Below the pieces are notes generated by a model that was not told the origin of the DNA, ran no database searches, and was given only the letters and a program-made list of their open reading frames with translations. This document shows, one piece after another, positions 13,600-26,295 of a stretch of DNA of 64,000 nucleotides. The DNA is from Lingula anatina (lineage: Eukaryota; Animalia; Brachiopoda), in NCBI GenBank assembly GCA_051362555.1, contig JBPQGU010000016.1:5208001-5272000 (forward strand), written 5' to 3'. The number at the start of each line of letters is the position of its first letter. The stretch's first letter is position 1. Both the position numbers and the translations under genes were made by a program.

Positions 13600-13726
13600 A
13601 TTACAAACGTTTTATTCAATTTTAAAACAAAAGATGCATGGATGTGCGTAGGGTTCCAGAACGTGAATGACCGGCTTGGTTGCTAGCAGGCGGGTGTCGT
13701 GCAGTTCTCAGCATCTCAGTGGACTT
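13600..13726 (-). other. Candidate terminal exon of an unassigned, possibly non-coding, transcript
   Basis: On the minus strand: acceptor CTTCTCATTTCAG, then ~110 nt of more GC-rich sequence, then AATAAA. No ORF recognised. Confidence 0.3.
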
Positions 13727-15356
13727 CTGAAATGAGAAGGTAATGTTAGCAATATCTGACTAAACGGGGAGACTCGGAAAATACGACCAATGCATTTTAC
13801 ATCTAAGAGAAGAGGATACTTGAAATGATGTGGGTGTTTACTGACTTGTCCAAAGTTCAGGCTCAGATAGCAACCCAAAAAAGTAATCGATATCTATGTT
13901 GCCTAACGCCAAAATTAAGACCTTAAGTTAGTAATAAAGATATTTCAGGTGTTTTGCTTTGAAAAAATAAATATTGAAAACACTTCTCTAATTTGTGGAG
14001 ATCATCACAAGGGACGTTTATTTATTTTACCTACTATGTTATGTTGTAATATCTAAAGTCGCTTTGCACCACGCGTTTGGGAGCCATATTTCTCTTTAGT
14101 TTAAATCATTTCCAGTATTTCAACACTGCTTACAAACATTTTACAGGTACATGTATAATAAAATAAACAAACCTACAAAAACTGATTTTATATTTTAAAC
14201 TATCGTGATTGTCGTAAAAGGAGACGTTTGAATTTTTGATAAACTTTGACTATAAAATTGATGTACACGTTCATGGGGCACGCTTGTCTAAGAATCAAAA
14301 GCTCAGAACAGTGACAAGTACGGTATTATCATCTAAATCATTCTGTGATCTTTTTAGTAGTGTGCCCATTTACTAATTTGCTTAATGATACTTTGAGTGA
14401 CATAACAGAAACGGCAGGCAAAATATAACAAATAGTAATGATATACAAGTAAATACTTTTCGTAAATTTTCTTGCATTCTTCTACTCTTTCTATCAACTG
14501 ACATAAGTTACTGATGAAAAAGTGATACTTACGAAACATGCATTTGCTTCTACGCCTCATAAAAGCTCGACCTTGCAACTGCACCACACGTTGAACAACA
14601 TTGCGTCTTCACCCAGCTGTGTCTTACTGCCTAGTGAGCATTCGGAAAAACAGATCGCACTAACGTGAGCAAGTTATTGTTATGCAAATTACAGACAGGT
14701 ACGGCTCATTTTAGTCGAGGGACTGTGGATGAAACTGTTCACGAATGGTCACGGTCAAATGCATGTTCAGTGGCGAACTATTACCCTCAAACATTACAGA
14801 AGAAATGTCATACATATAAATATATGAAAACCCATATGCTTGTGCTAATTTATAATTTTTACCTGGAGAACTTAAAAAAGTCTGTAATAATTTTGCATTT
14901 TTTGTTCGTGACAAAACCTTCTCCCGGCAACTGGTGGCGCCCAGTGAAATCCAAGCAATCTGAAATTAAGGATTCGAGATCAGAGATGGACTCTCAGGGG
15001 AAGAGATCAATGTACTGCGGCAGTGCCGTACGCTTTACATAGAGGATAATTTCTATCCTTGTTAATTCAGCCAAGATTACTTTTGCCACGGGCGTCGAAT
15101 AAAATCAACCCTGTAACTGTAACTAAATTTATCAAAATAATAACAAAATGGTTTTAAAGTAAAAGTGACAGTTGTTTTGTGTCTTTAGTTAACTAGTGAA
15201 TTTTCTTAACTTGTTATTCAGAAATACATTCCAATAAACTGAATTGCTTGCAAGGTCAGCTAACACTAGGATAAATAAGTTGCTGTAAATATGAAGGAGT
15301 TAACAGTTTTTGGTAACCTGTTATAGATAGACAGATTGAGGTGATAGTGACCTTGT

Positions 15357-15393
<37 letters not shown>

Positions 15394-15483
15394 GAACCTT
15401 GGAAGTTTAAACTTAAAGGCCATACATTTATACCCTATATTTAGCCATCAAACATGTCCTACATGTCCTACTGCCAAACACAT

Positions 15484-15654
15484 CCAAGCAAATTTCCCGC
15501 TGGGTGGGGTTGATATCACATTGTTTTCTGACGTTGATACAACGTTGTTATCTGAGGTTGACACAACTTTCAAATCCAACGTTTATTCAATGTCCTTTCA
15601 ACGTTATGGTTCAACGTTGTTTCAACGTTAAAACAACATAATTTGCCTGCTGGG
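15484..15654. mobile_element. Degenerate non-autonomous DNA element with CCCAG-type termini
   Basis: Imperfect termini CCAAGCAAAT...ATTTGCCTGCTGGG around an interior of repeated CAACGTTG-like palindromes. Confidence 0.5.
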
Positions 15655-15868
15655 AATGGTGTACGGTTTTCCTTGTAACTTTTTCTTTGTCATCGTAAGT
15701 GGCCACGGTCTACGCGTCTTACGAACTACACCTTGATGCTAATTACAAAATTGGGTTGGAGTAAGTCGGCGATTAGAGCGATGCGGATTGTAGAACCTTC
15801 GGATAGTTGGTGTGTACCCGAAATGTTGTGAAATGCATCAATAAACTATTGAACTGAATAAACCACCA

Positions 15869-16073
15869 TAGGGGCGGATCCAGGATTATTTGAAGGGGGA
15901 GTCCGGGGCCCGAAATTTTTGATATTTTAGAGGGCGAACGGTGTCATTTCGTACGGTTTAGAACTATGATTCAGCTAGTCAAATTTCTAATTTTAAGAGG
16001 GGACCATTGGTGTGATTTTTTTCAGAAATCGAAGGGGTCATGACCATCTGACACCCCCCTTAAACCACCACTG
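15869..16073. mobile_element. MITE of the AGGGGCGGATCCAG type
   Basis: Imperfect termini TAGGGGCGGATCCAGG...CCTTAAACCACCACTG. Related, in the opposite orientation, to the element at 48952-49086. Confidence 0.6.
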
Positions 16074-16944
16074 TACCATTATCTAGGGTTCATTAGTTCC
16101 GGGAAGGATTAAATTGACATCAATCAATACTGTAAGTAATGGATCGGCACTTGATGAGGTTATGGGTAAAAAAAGAAAATCCACAGGCGTCATCCACAGA
16201 TTAGTACGCGTGAAGATCAAATACATGTACATGTGCTTCCACGCACAAATCATAGAAGGCGTTTAATTTACCAATATTGCACATTTGTGCCTAGCCTGCG
16301 ACTAAAACTACATTGCGAAGCTAGCAAATATACAGACACTAAAGAAAAAATCCATTCCCATTGCTATAAGTTTTATTGGAACTTTCAGACTATTTACGTG
16401 AACATCGCTAAAATACACTCAGAAATTGATACCTTTCATAAAAATCAACCGATCATGCTGAGTTTCGACCTGAGCCTGCCATTTTATCAAATAATAAGAA
16501 GAATAGCTAATAGCAGTTTTGAAGTTAAACATAAATACGGTTTGACACTTGTAAGTTGAACAACAGGCGTATCGGACTTAAACGACGCTGCCAAACATAC
16601 AGACACCAAACAGCAAAACGTATTGCAAAAATATAAACAAACATTATTTTTGGAAAATAAACCGGTGTGACGGAACTGAGAGTCCGGTGTGATACAGAGT
16701 CCCGGACTGTCAGATTCAGAAACCAGGGGTCCTGCTTTGAAATACAGGGTACCTCCGGACCCTGAATATTCTTAATATAGAGTGTCCTCCGGACTCTCTG
16801 TTATACCGGACCCTACATTCGCGGCCAGCAGACGCCCCTGCATTTTTAGGGCAGCTGAAGTGTGATAGCTGTGAACACGAGCACAAAGTATGAGAGTCAG
16901 TGGTCGGCTCATGTGGCTCAACTGATGCAACGTCCAAATCGAAA

Positions 16945-19744
16945 TTAACTGGCACTCTTTTCACCGCAGTATATGTCAGCAACAAGTCTTTCTATTGGTA
17001 TGCTGCCGATTGTTTCCTGGAAGAAGAGTTTTTCCACAAGCCTACCACTCACTACTCGCAGGCAGGGCAGAATAAGCAACAGTTTACCAAATCTTGTCGG
17101 CATGAGTGGGTGTCTTTGCCGGCAGTATTCCCCAAGAAGAACTTGTGCCTGGTCCTGTAATCTTTCAATTTGATGCACATTGCTGATGTCGACCGTTTCT
17201 ATAAAAATAAAACCCTTTATCAGTTTAAAAATGAAGAATCTTTTTGTTTTTAATTATTTTTAAACAACTAAATCATCGACCAGCGGGTTCCAGATTTTTG
17301 TATTTTGTACCTTGGTAATTTATGAAAGATAATTATTAAAGAAAACGAAAAAAAGGAAAAGGAATAATTTCGCGTTTTTCATTTTCTCTAAACGTATTTA
17401 CTCTTTTTCGTATGCTTTTACCAGTACCTGCAAAGGTAACTTGGCATAAACGTTCATTTCTTACCAGTTCTGAATAGCAATATGGCTTTCAGACAAGCGT
17501 ACTCCGTTGTATCCAATTCCTGCTGCTTTAGACGTTCTACAATGTCCCGAATATAGCGTATTTCAGACAGAATGACTGTCATTTTGTCTCCCGATACCTC
17601 TTCTGGCGTGAGTTTGGCACATTCTAGGATGCAATGGACCTCTAATGGAATATTCCATTGTGCCAGATTTAAGATGAACAGATCTTTCCAAGTGTCTCCC
17701 AAGAGGACTAACTGGAAAACAACGCAGACATCATTTATAACTAGTTTTAACGGCTCTTGAAAATCATCAAATGATCAGAAGCTTGATAGAATAACTTGAC
17801 GTAAATGTGAAAAAAGAAATAAATAAAAAATAAAATAATAATACTAACACCCCTTTGGGCTCTAAGATAATGTTCAGGTTTTACAGAAGGAGGAAGAAGG
17901 TTTTGATTTTAAGACCAAAATTTTTGTTCTGCTTTGACACCAGCTATACCAATACAAATTATGCAAAACAAAGCTTAAATATCCTCTACCAGAAACCTTC
18001 TATAGTTGTTTCAAAACTGAACGATCTGATAGCAGCTGAATAGTTTTCATTAGCACTATCATTGCCAAACTATGCAACGGCTTTTAGTTTTACCTGATCT
18101 TTCTTCGAAAGCGTCCCAAATGCAGGTAGCTGCCTAATCCAGTTGACGATAGAGAACAGGAGGCGCGCGGTAATTTCTTGGAGTGATTCCCGGGCATATA
18201 ACTGTGAGGGAACCCTGAAAGCCGATGGGTACTCCCCGTTCAATCCGCGGATGAGATCCAGCCGCAAAGCCTGGTTGTGCAGGGCCGGAGTCATCATTGG
18301 GCATTCTTGGGTCTGTTCAGCCGTCATAAGACCTTGTAGGAAAGTTGGCACTTCGCTGTTTGTAAGCGACAGTGTCTTCGCTGGGGGCTTAGCAACAACC
18401 CTCAAGTCCATGGGAATGTCGTGTATTTGTAAGGAGCTGCTGCTGGGGGGAGTCAAATTTGCGACATCCACGTAGACTGGGTAACTAGCGGTCTTCTCCT
18501 TAGGTTTTCGTGGTCCCCGCTCATGTTGTACAGCTAGAGGAGAAACGAAGTTCAAAATGTGGATGTTATTGTTTACCCTTTAAGAAAAGCTTTTAAAAAC
18601 ATATAACATTCTACTGTAGATCTTTCTCTGTGGATTTCAAATATTCTTTTTTTTTTTCGAAATAAAATGGAACTGAACACGGAAATGCTAGATTTTTTTA
18701 AAGTGCAGATTGCTTACTCACCATCTTTATTCATATCTGCTTCGAAGCACTTCCTAAGCCGACATGCCCTGCACTGGTTCCTGTGCGTCTTGTCTATTGG
18801 GCACTTGCCATTCGTCTCTCCCTGCGCCTTACAAGTGTACATACGGTTCCTGTGAATACTGCGCTTGAAGAACCCGGAACAACCTAAAACAGTAAAAATA
18901 TTTCGGAACTGAAACTGGTCTGGATTGAAAAATCTTTGTGTTTGGAATAACTCCAAGCAATTTCAACCTTTTTTGTCTTTTGTTATTGGAAAATAATTGA
19001 TGTAGAAAGGAGTGTTTACCATCACATGTGTATATTCCATAATGTTTCCCAGAACTTCTATCGCCGCACACTTTGCAAGGAATGTCCAGAAGGCGCTCGC
19101 CTGGAAATCAATATAGAACATTTATTATGTTGTTCTGTTGATAAAATTGGTAGTGATTAATCTCTTTTCCTTGAAATTTCATTTATTTTCAATAAACAAT
19201 GTAATCTTTATGATATGGGGACATCTGTTCTAGAATTATCACTACTGGAAACTTTCCACTTCAGGCAAACCATCTTCACTTAATTGAAAGACGTTTGTGA
19301 GGATGCAGGATCAAAGTCGCTGGGAAACTAATATAAATAATCATTCTATCACTATCGCTTTAAGGCAAGCTGGCTACTGTATGACTTATGATTTATGTTA
19401 GGAATGCAAAACGTATGGGAATCATTCTGAAATATTAATTCTAAAAATATACTTTTCAAGAATTGAAAATGTTATTCTTATAATTAATTCTGTCAATATT
19501 TGAGAGACAACGTACATTGTGTATGCAACAGTTCCCTTTGTCTTTGTCGAAGTATATATAATAAACCTATAACGTTAATGTATGTTGCTGTATGAAGTTA
19601 AATATCACAAGAGTACCAACCATCAGCCACTAAAATCGTTCTTTTAGCATATACTTTTTATAACCCAACGCTACAACATATTTTTGAATAAATAGATTAT
19701 ATAAATACATGTACATTACCTGAGCGCCTGTTCTCCGCCTCCAT
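16945..19744 (-). CDS. dsf: Nuclear receptor of subfamily 2E, dissatisfaction orthologue, 6 coding exons, 402 aa
   Basis: Exons 19744-19720, 19100-19020, 18883-18722, 18533-18094, 17711-17465 and 17198-16945. All introns are GT-AG with consistent phases (1209 nt). The [42 protein letters not shown]...[13 protein letters not shown]...[13 protein letters not shown] matches DSF better than TLX or PNR. The LBD is complete ([28 protein letters not shown]). Confidence 0.92.
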
Positions 19745-22700
19745 AACAATGCTCAGCAGAAACTTGATTTCTGGAAGTAACACAAATATTCTCTTGTACA
19801 GTAATAGGCCCACCCGAAACCATTTAAACAATAAATTACAAAAAAAAATATTTTTGGAAAACGCAACTTTCACACACGTTCACATATATTTATATTTGTT
19901 ATTCTGATCAATGTCCCAGACCTCTTTACGTGTTTGTCTTGTACAATCATTTTCCTGATCGGTAGATTACAAATTTCTTGTTCCTTCATTCGTAAACTCT
20001 GATAAGTCACCGAGTGCAACAGAAGTCACTTGGCAAGAGTTTCACGTTCTCTGGCCACTTTCTTCCCGCCCTCCTAACCCTCGAGGTCAGGTTCCAATGA
20101 ATTTTTAATGCAGCACGTGGCGAGTGCCTTTCTAAGTGTGTTGTTGTGATATGATAGTACATTGACAGAGGACCGATAAATCAATAGGAGTTTACCCGGC
20201 GACTTGGGTCACTGAGTTGGCAAACTGACTTTTGGGGTACAGGCTTATTGAATTTTGATACTCGCACTTACGATTGTCAGGTAGCGCACTCGATTATGTA
20301 CATGCTAATTGCTTATGCTTATTTGATTAAATGTTTTATCAATTAACTTGAGAGAAAACTCACGAAATATCTCCGAAATATTGCTACGACGTGTAATCGA
20401 TTGCCAAAGAAGAGAAAAATAATATGAAGAAAATGAGGAAATAAAATGATAAAAAGTATGTGTATGAAACATAACCAAAGCGCATCTTGCTGAGAATTTT
20501 TCACCTATGGAATAATTAAAAACAAAATCAGGAAAGGCAGATTTATGACGTCTTCACACAGCGCAGGTATTATCTTGCATTAGCGGCTATTACTAACGTA
20601 AGAGATTTTTCGAAAAATAATGATATAAAAACAATTTTCGTTCTTAAATAATTGCTAATTGTACGATATCTAAACTCTTGTCATTGCGCAACAGTAAGTT
20701 CGGCAGTCACAATGTCTCTCGTTTCATTGAAGGGTTTTATTTTCCGTCGGGAACAAAACCCTGCTTCGTCCTGTTACGTAAATAGCGCGGTAATATTGCT
20801 TTCGTCAGCTGTTGATAAAGTAAGAAGATTTGTGCACGCCTAATTCGACTGGCACGTACTTCATAAGAAGCATTTGTTCGGTTTCTCGCAGTAGTCAAAT
20901 TCCTTGCCTTTGGGCAGGATCATCAGAATTAACAAATCGATCAGAGTTTGTCAATTGATTTACACAATAAGCTATGAGGCTTATCATTAGCGAACTACTT
21001 AATGGTCAAGACAAAAAGACAAGAAATATTTTAAACAAAACGTCTGTTTATTCAATTCTCAAATGACAATGTAGACGTTTACATTGCTGACTATAGGGAG
21101 AGACTTACGTCTGCTTAGGCTGAGCCCCTAGAGCAAAAGTCGAAAATATATTGTTTATAAAAGATACATGTATTCGGATCAAATAGCAAAATAATTCAAA
21201 AAGAACAAAATGTGACTTCTAGCTAGAATCACAATACACGGCAAGTTAGGTGTTTCACAATTTGTGTTTTAAATTGACTCATTACCTGATTTTTAAATAG
21301 GGGGTTGGACTAGGGTAATTGTATTCTTATAATTTCTGTATTTACTTTCACTTATCTGTTCTTTTTATTTAAAACGATTAGATCCCGACACCTTTCATAT
21401 TTCATACGCTCTGATAAGACTTACAAAAGAAAAGGCTCCTTTTCTCCAGATAAATGTGTTCGTTAAACGCACCTGCAGATTCGTTTTGCAAACGTGAAAC
21501 ACAAACTTACGGAGTTTTGAATTTATGCAATCCAGGATACGTTTATGAAAATATAACTGATTTACGTTGGTAACTATGATACATGTACATTACATCAAGT
21601 AGTTAAATCCATGTATTTATTCACGTGTACAATCAAAATAAATTAAGACATAATGTACATTACAAACTCGTATAGCAATAACTCTTCTCTATACATTTTT
21701 CATACTCTCATTCTTATAGTGAAGAAATCCTAACTCCATTACAGACTTCCTGGCAAAGGGTTGTTGGGGCAAGCTGGGTACATAAGTAAACTGAAAGGTT
21801 TAATAGATAAAAAGTAGATTCTTCTTCTTTTTTAGTTTTCCGTTTCTTTTCTTTTTCAGTTTTTGAAAAAAGTGTATAGAAACAAAGAAATATGAAAAAG
21901 CAAAGGTAAGCAGATCCTCCGGCAAATCTCATACCGTTGTCATTTTGCACCGTGTACCATGTTAACTTTGTCAAGTGAATTATTAGACCGTTTATCTAGT
22001 CGCCGTTGACTTTCCTGACTGTTCACGTCAACGTCCTAATAAGCATTGTGTGAAACCATTTGAACATGAGTCTCGTGAAAGGGCCATGAAAAGTCTGATT
22101 AATTCGTTTCCTGGTGTCAAAACAGCCATAAAAAAGTCGAAGGAAGCAATTCTATGGGGACAAAAATAGATGAGCTTTACACGCGCCAACTAGTTTGTGC
22201 TCCTCAGAGCGACGGGAAGTGGAATGTTGAACCAGCGTTTGTTCAACAGTCATGCGTCTTGAAAGCTATCGTTAAGCGATAAAACGTGAGAATGATCAAA
22301 TGAATTAGAAAGTAAACACAATTAATATGCTTTGAAATGTCAAAGATTATTGTCAATTAATCGCCCGTAAGGATACGCCACTCGAGATAAACCAGAAGAC
22401 AATGTCAGTTTCTCGTCTCTTTTCTTAATCAAAGGAAAACGTGGTCATACAACATTAGATCCGCAGAGAGATAAAAGCTTTACTTTTTTTGCCATTTCTA
22501 TGAACAACGCAAAAAGTTAATAACATCCAAAAGCATTGTCTTTTTAACAGTCAAACCACTGTTATTCAACAACCACTGTTTCCACCAGGCACATTTGACG
22601 AAAATTACTCCAGGGAACTTTTAGAGCGGTGTAGGCTGATCGGTTAGACGAAAATTATTGAATAAATTTACACAACTTTACACGGCGTGCATAGCCTACT

Positions 22701-22956
22701 GTTTGCCATTCCATCACGCACAAAAATCAAAGCTTGCCAAGGCTTTGTCGCTGACTTGAGCCCGGTGGGCTGTGACCAGCGATTGTTGAGTAAAGTTTAT
22801 CAGATATTTCTTGCGTAGCCGTAAGGAAGGCTTTTTAGAAGGAGGGGAGAGATGCTGCTTAAAATGTGAAGGAAAGGGAAAAATCGAACTGAATGTTAGG
22901 TTTTGCCGTAAAATTTGTTAGTTATTGAAATATTTTATTTTTGCAAACTTTCGATT

Positions 22957-23010
<54 letters not shown>

Positions 23011-26000
23011 ACACTTATTAAAAAAGTTCTATTTTGAAATGTTCATGTTGATATAGTCTTAAGACATTTGTCTAAAGCAGTACAATAATTTAACAGACAA
23101 GAAAGATCACGCCGCTTTAACGGAAAGCTTAAAAAAAAAAAGAAAAAAAAAAAAAAAAAAAACTGCACCCATTTCTTAATTTTCATGTAACAAACCTAGA
23201 TATTACACGGCTGTCCAATTTTAGATGCTATAAGCTTATGAAACACAACTGGTTTCTTTATTCCATCGGTCGAAAACTGAAAAAAGACTGAATAACTGTG
23301 TGTGTTACGTGACTTTGCGTATGCCGCGTGGATTTGCGTTATCAGATATTACATACAGACATGATGGTGCAGTCGGTTCGAACATTTTCCAAAATATCAA
23401 TTTTCAGCATCGCTTTTGTCCAATGTTTGTGCAAAAAGTAAAACCAAAGAAATACATCAATAAATCCATCCAAAATCACCCCAATTAAATTTTATGTTGG
23501 CTTAAAGACTTGGCGCGCATCCCTATCGCAATCTATCAATCGAACAGGAATTTTTTGTTAAACCAAAAACATTAAAATCGACTCTCAGATTAAGCAATTA
23601 GTTTTTTAGATTTGGACAGTAGCAATGATATTTTACTTCTATTGTATCAATAACTGTCTACAAAAAGCAATCATAAAAATATGAAAAAAAAATGAAACTA
23701 CAGCTATAGATTTATTATTATATTACACATTTAACATTTCAATAAACTATGAAAACATCACAGGCCGCTCTTACAAAAGATTTTACCATATGATTAACTA
23801 TTGCACATAAGTCGTGAAATTAAATGAATTACAGAATGATACAATTATGAACTTACATCTTTCCTTACCGCGTTTTATCTTCTGATGGCTTTAACTGCGT
23901 CTGGAAAACAGTCTTGCTCGGCAAAGATCGCGCCAAAAAGCCACGTGTCCGCCGTTGTTCCACCGAGTTATCCTTTTATACTATTTGTCATGAACACTTG
24001 ACGTTTGAAAGGTTGGGAAATCACACAGGTGGGAAAACAAATAGATTCTTGCTTTTAACGCTTTGCTTGTAATCCCATTGATTAGAAAGAAGAATCAATA
24101 TGAGGGCAGCGAGGAAGCTACTTAGGAACCGTTCTTGAAGAGACGTTCTCTTAATGACTTCAAAATATTAATCCAAAAGTACTTAAATCTGTCGTTTTCC
24201 CACAATTCGCGGAAACCAGTGGACTTACTTAGCCTATACTCAATTACGTAGGATTTTTGCATTTTCTCCTGCCCAAATGCTAATATGCCGATTTTTTCCT
24301 CTGTCAGCAATTTACTGTTGCTAAGAAACATTTAAACAACGGACAAACTGTTGAAAAATGTCCCTAGACTAAATTAAAGCCTAATCATTTGTTTCAATAA
24401 TAACTTTTGACTTGTGAAAAATGAATAAGCCTATTTACAATTATGTGGACATGTTGCCATCCATCCATCTGGCAGTTACATATATGAAATTCTTATTTTC
24501 TGCTAAAAGGATTTAAAATAACGCTAGACATTTGTGTAAATAGCAACTAGCAACGGTAAATATTAGAATGCGATAATATTCTCTAGATGTAACACACTAT
24601 CAAAACTGTACATATTGTAATATATAATGATATCGCACAGTGATAAATCATGCCAATGCGTGTCAGATTTACGTAAGGTCGCGCAAAGAAAACCCAAGTC
24701 CACATAATGACCAGTTAAACGATTAATTCGTCGACGCTCGGTATCTACACATTCTAAGTGAAGTCTCCAACTCCTAGCTCTACGAAGCTACGTCCGTCTT
24801 CGTGCTCCCTTCATTTCTCCCCGTTCTCCTCGTCTCCGTCTCTCCCAATCCCCTCTCCTTCTTGTCTCCTCGGATATCTATTCCTATCTGTAATTGGTTG
24901 CAAAAAGGGAAATCGAGCCCTCTTTCACAAAACATTTCACTTGAGAAAGCGTCCCCATCCATCAGTACACAGGAAGCATGTGCTCCTCCCGGTTGCTTTT
25001 ATGGCTTTTTTCTTTTCTTTTTGTCTTATTTTTTGTTTAATTGTTTTTTTTTTTCTTCTGAAAGAATCAGAGATGAGAGATCATTCTGATGGAATTAATT
25101 TATAACTGCTTTGAAATGACCAATTCGTCCCCATAATGCCAAATTAAAACAAATAAAATAACAAAAACAATAAAATAATTTATTACCGAGTTCAAACTCA
25201 CACACACATAAAAATAGTTCCTAGCATTATTATTTAAGAGATGTGATTAAAATATTTTAAGGAAAGCATTATCTGACTAGCCAATTTCTACATGCTTCAT
25301 TTTGTTCTTTTTCATTCCTTAATACAGGTATTTTCACAATGAATTTAGACTAAGTTTTAAAAAAATAATATGTCCCTTAAGGTCAAATCACATTTCATAA
25401 TCTTTGTTACCAGTTCATTTACCATTAACTTCAAACATCAGTAAGTCCACTGTAAAATATATGGGCTAAAGAATGTATTTTAACAAGCATTTCTTAGTAC
25501 TGAAATAAACTTCGTGATTGAATATCACTACATAATCTAAAGGGGGAGGGATGTCACTTTCTGAGGCCAAAAAAATAACTAAAATGTTAATTTGCAGGAG
25601 TTATCAAACATATTTCATCACTCTAGGGGTTTGGTATAAATTTTGGTAATTTTCTTTTCTTTTCAAGTCTACATTATGGCCTATTATAAAGTCCATTACA
25701 GCAGTGTGTTAAATACCAGTAATATCAATACCTGATTGATATCCCTGATTAATCTCTAGAATGGTCAAAATGCACAGAAAATTATGTCATCCCTTTCACT
25801 TATCCACATCTGTGCCTTCAATTATTTTTGCCACTTGTTATTGGTCAAGTTATTTACTTGCTTAAAATTTTCTCTGAATATAAACATTAAAAAATGACTT
25901 AATGTCTCCATAACTTTCTTCAATCCACACATTTTAACCATAAACATTTTGGTCACTTGCACTGCTATTACCTTTAAGTCATAACTGATATCACAGAAAA

Positions 26001-26295
26001 GTTTCACTGAAATACATCCAAAGTCTACCCAAAGCAGTCCCTTATTGTAAGATGCTGCCAGTCAAGCATGTCTAGGATCTTAACTAGTTAAAGACCAAGC
26101 TCTGGAGTTGTGATGGGCGTTTTTCCTCCCACATCCATTTAGTAGCCTTAACCTATTGGATGTGACCTGTACACAACTGCTTTGCACTAAGCACCGATGC
26201 CATGTCTTCCTCAGCTACATGTACATCCATCTGGAGCAGCAGCAGTGTTTTGTTTCCAAGGACCAGACTTTTCAGAGAATATACTGGGTACACTT

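Noticed and set aside
16945-19744. Calling the nuclear receptor tailless/TLX (NR2E1) or PNR (NR2E3)
   Set aside because: [24 protein letters not shown] and HERGPRKPK match dissatisfaction better than TLX or PNR.
24758-25105. Ser/Pro/Phe-rich ORFs between dsf and the JmjC gene
   Set aside because: Low-complexity pyrimidine-rich sequence with no splice structure or domain motif.
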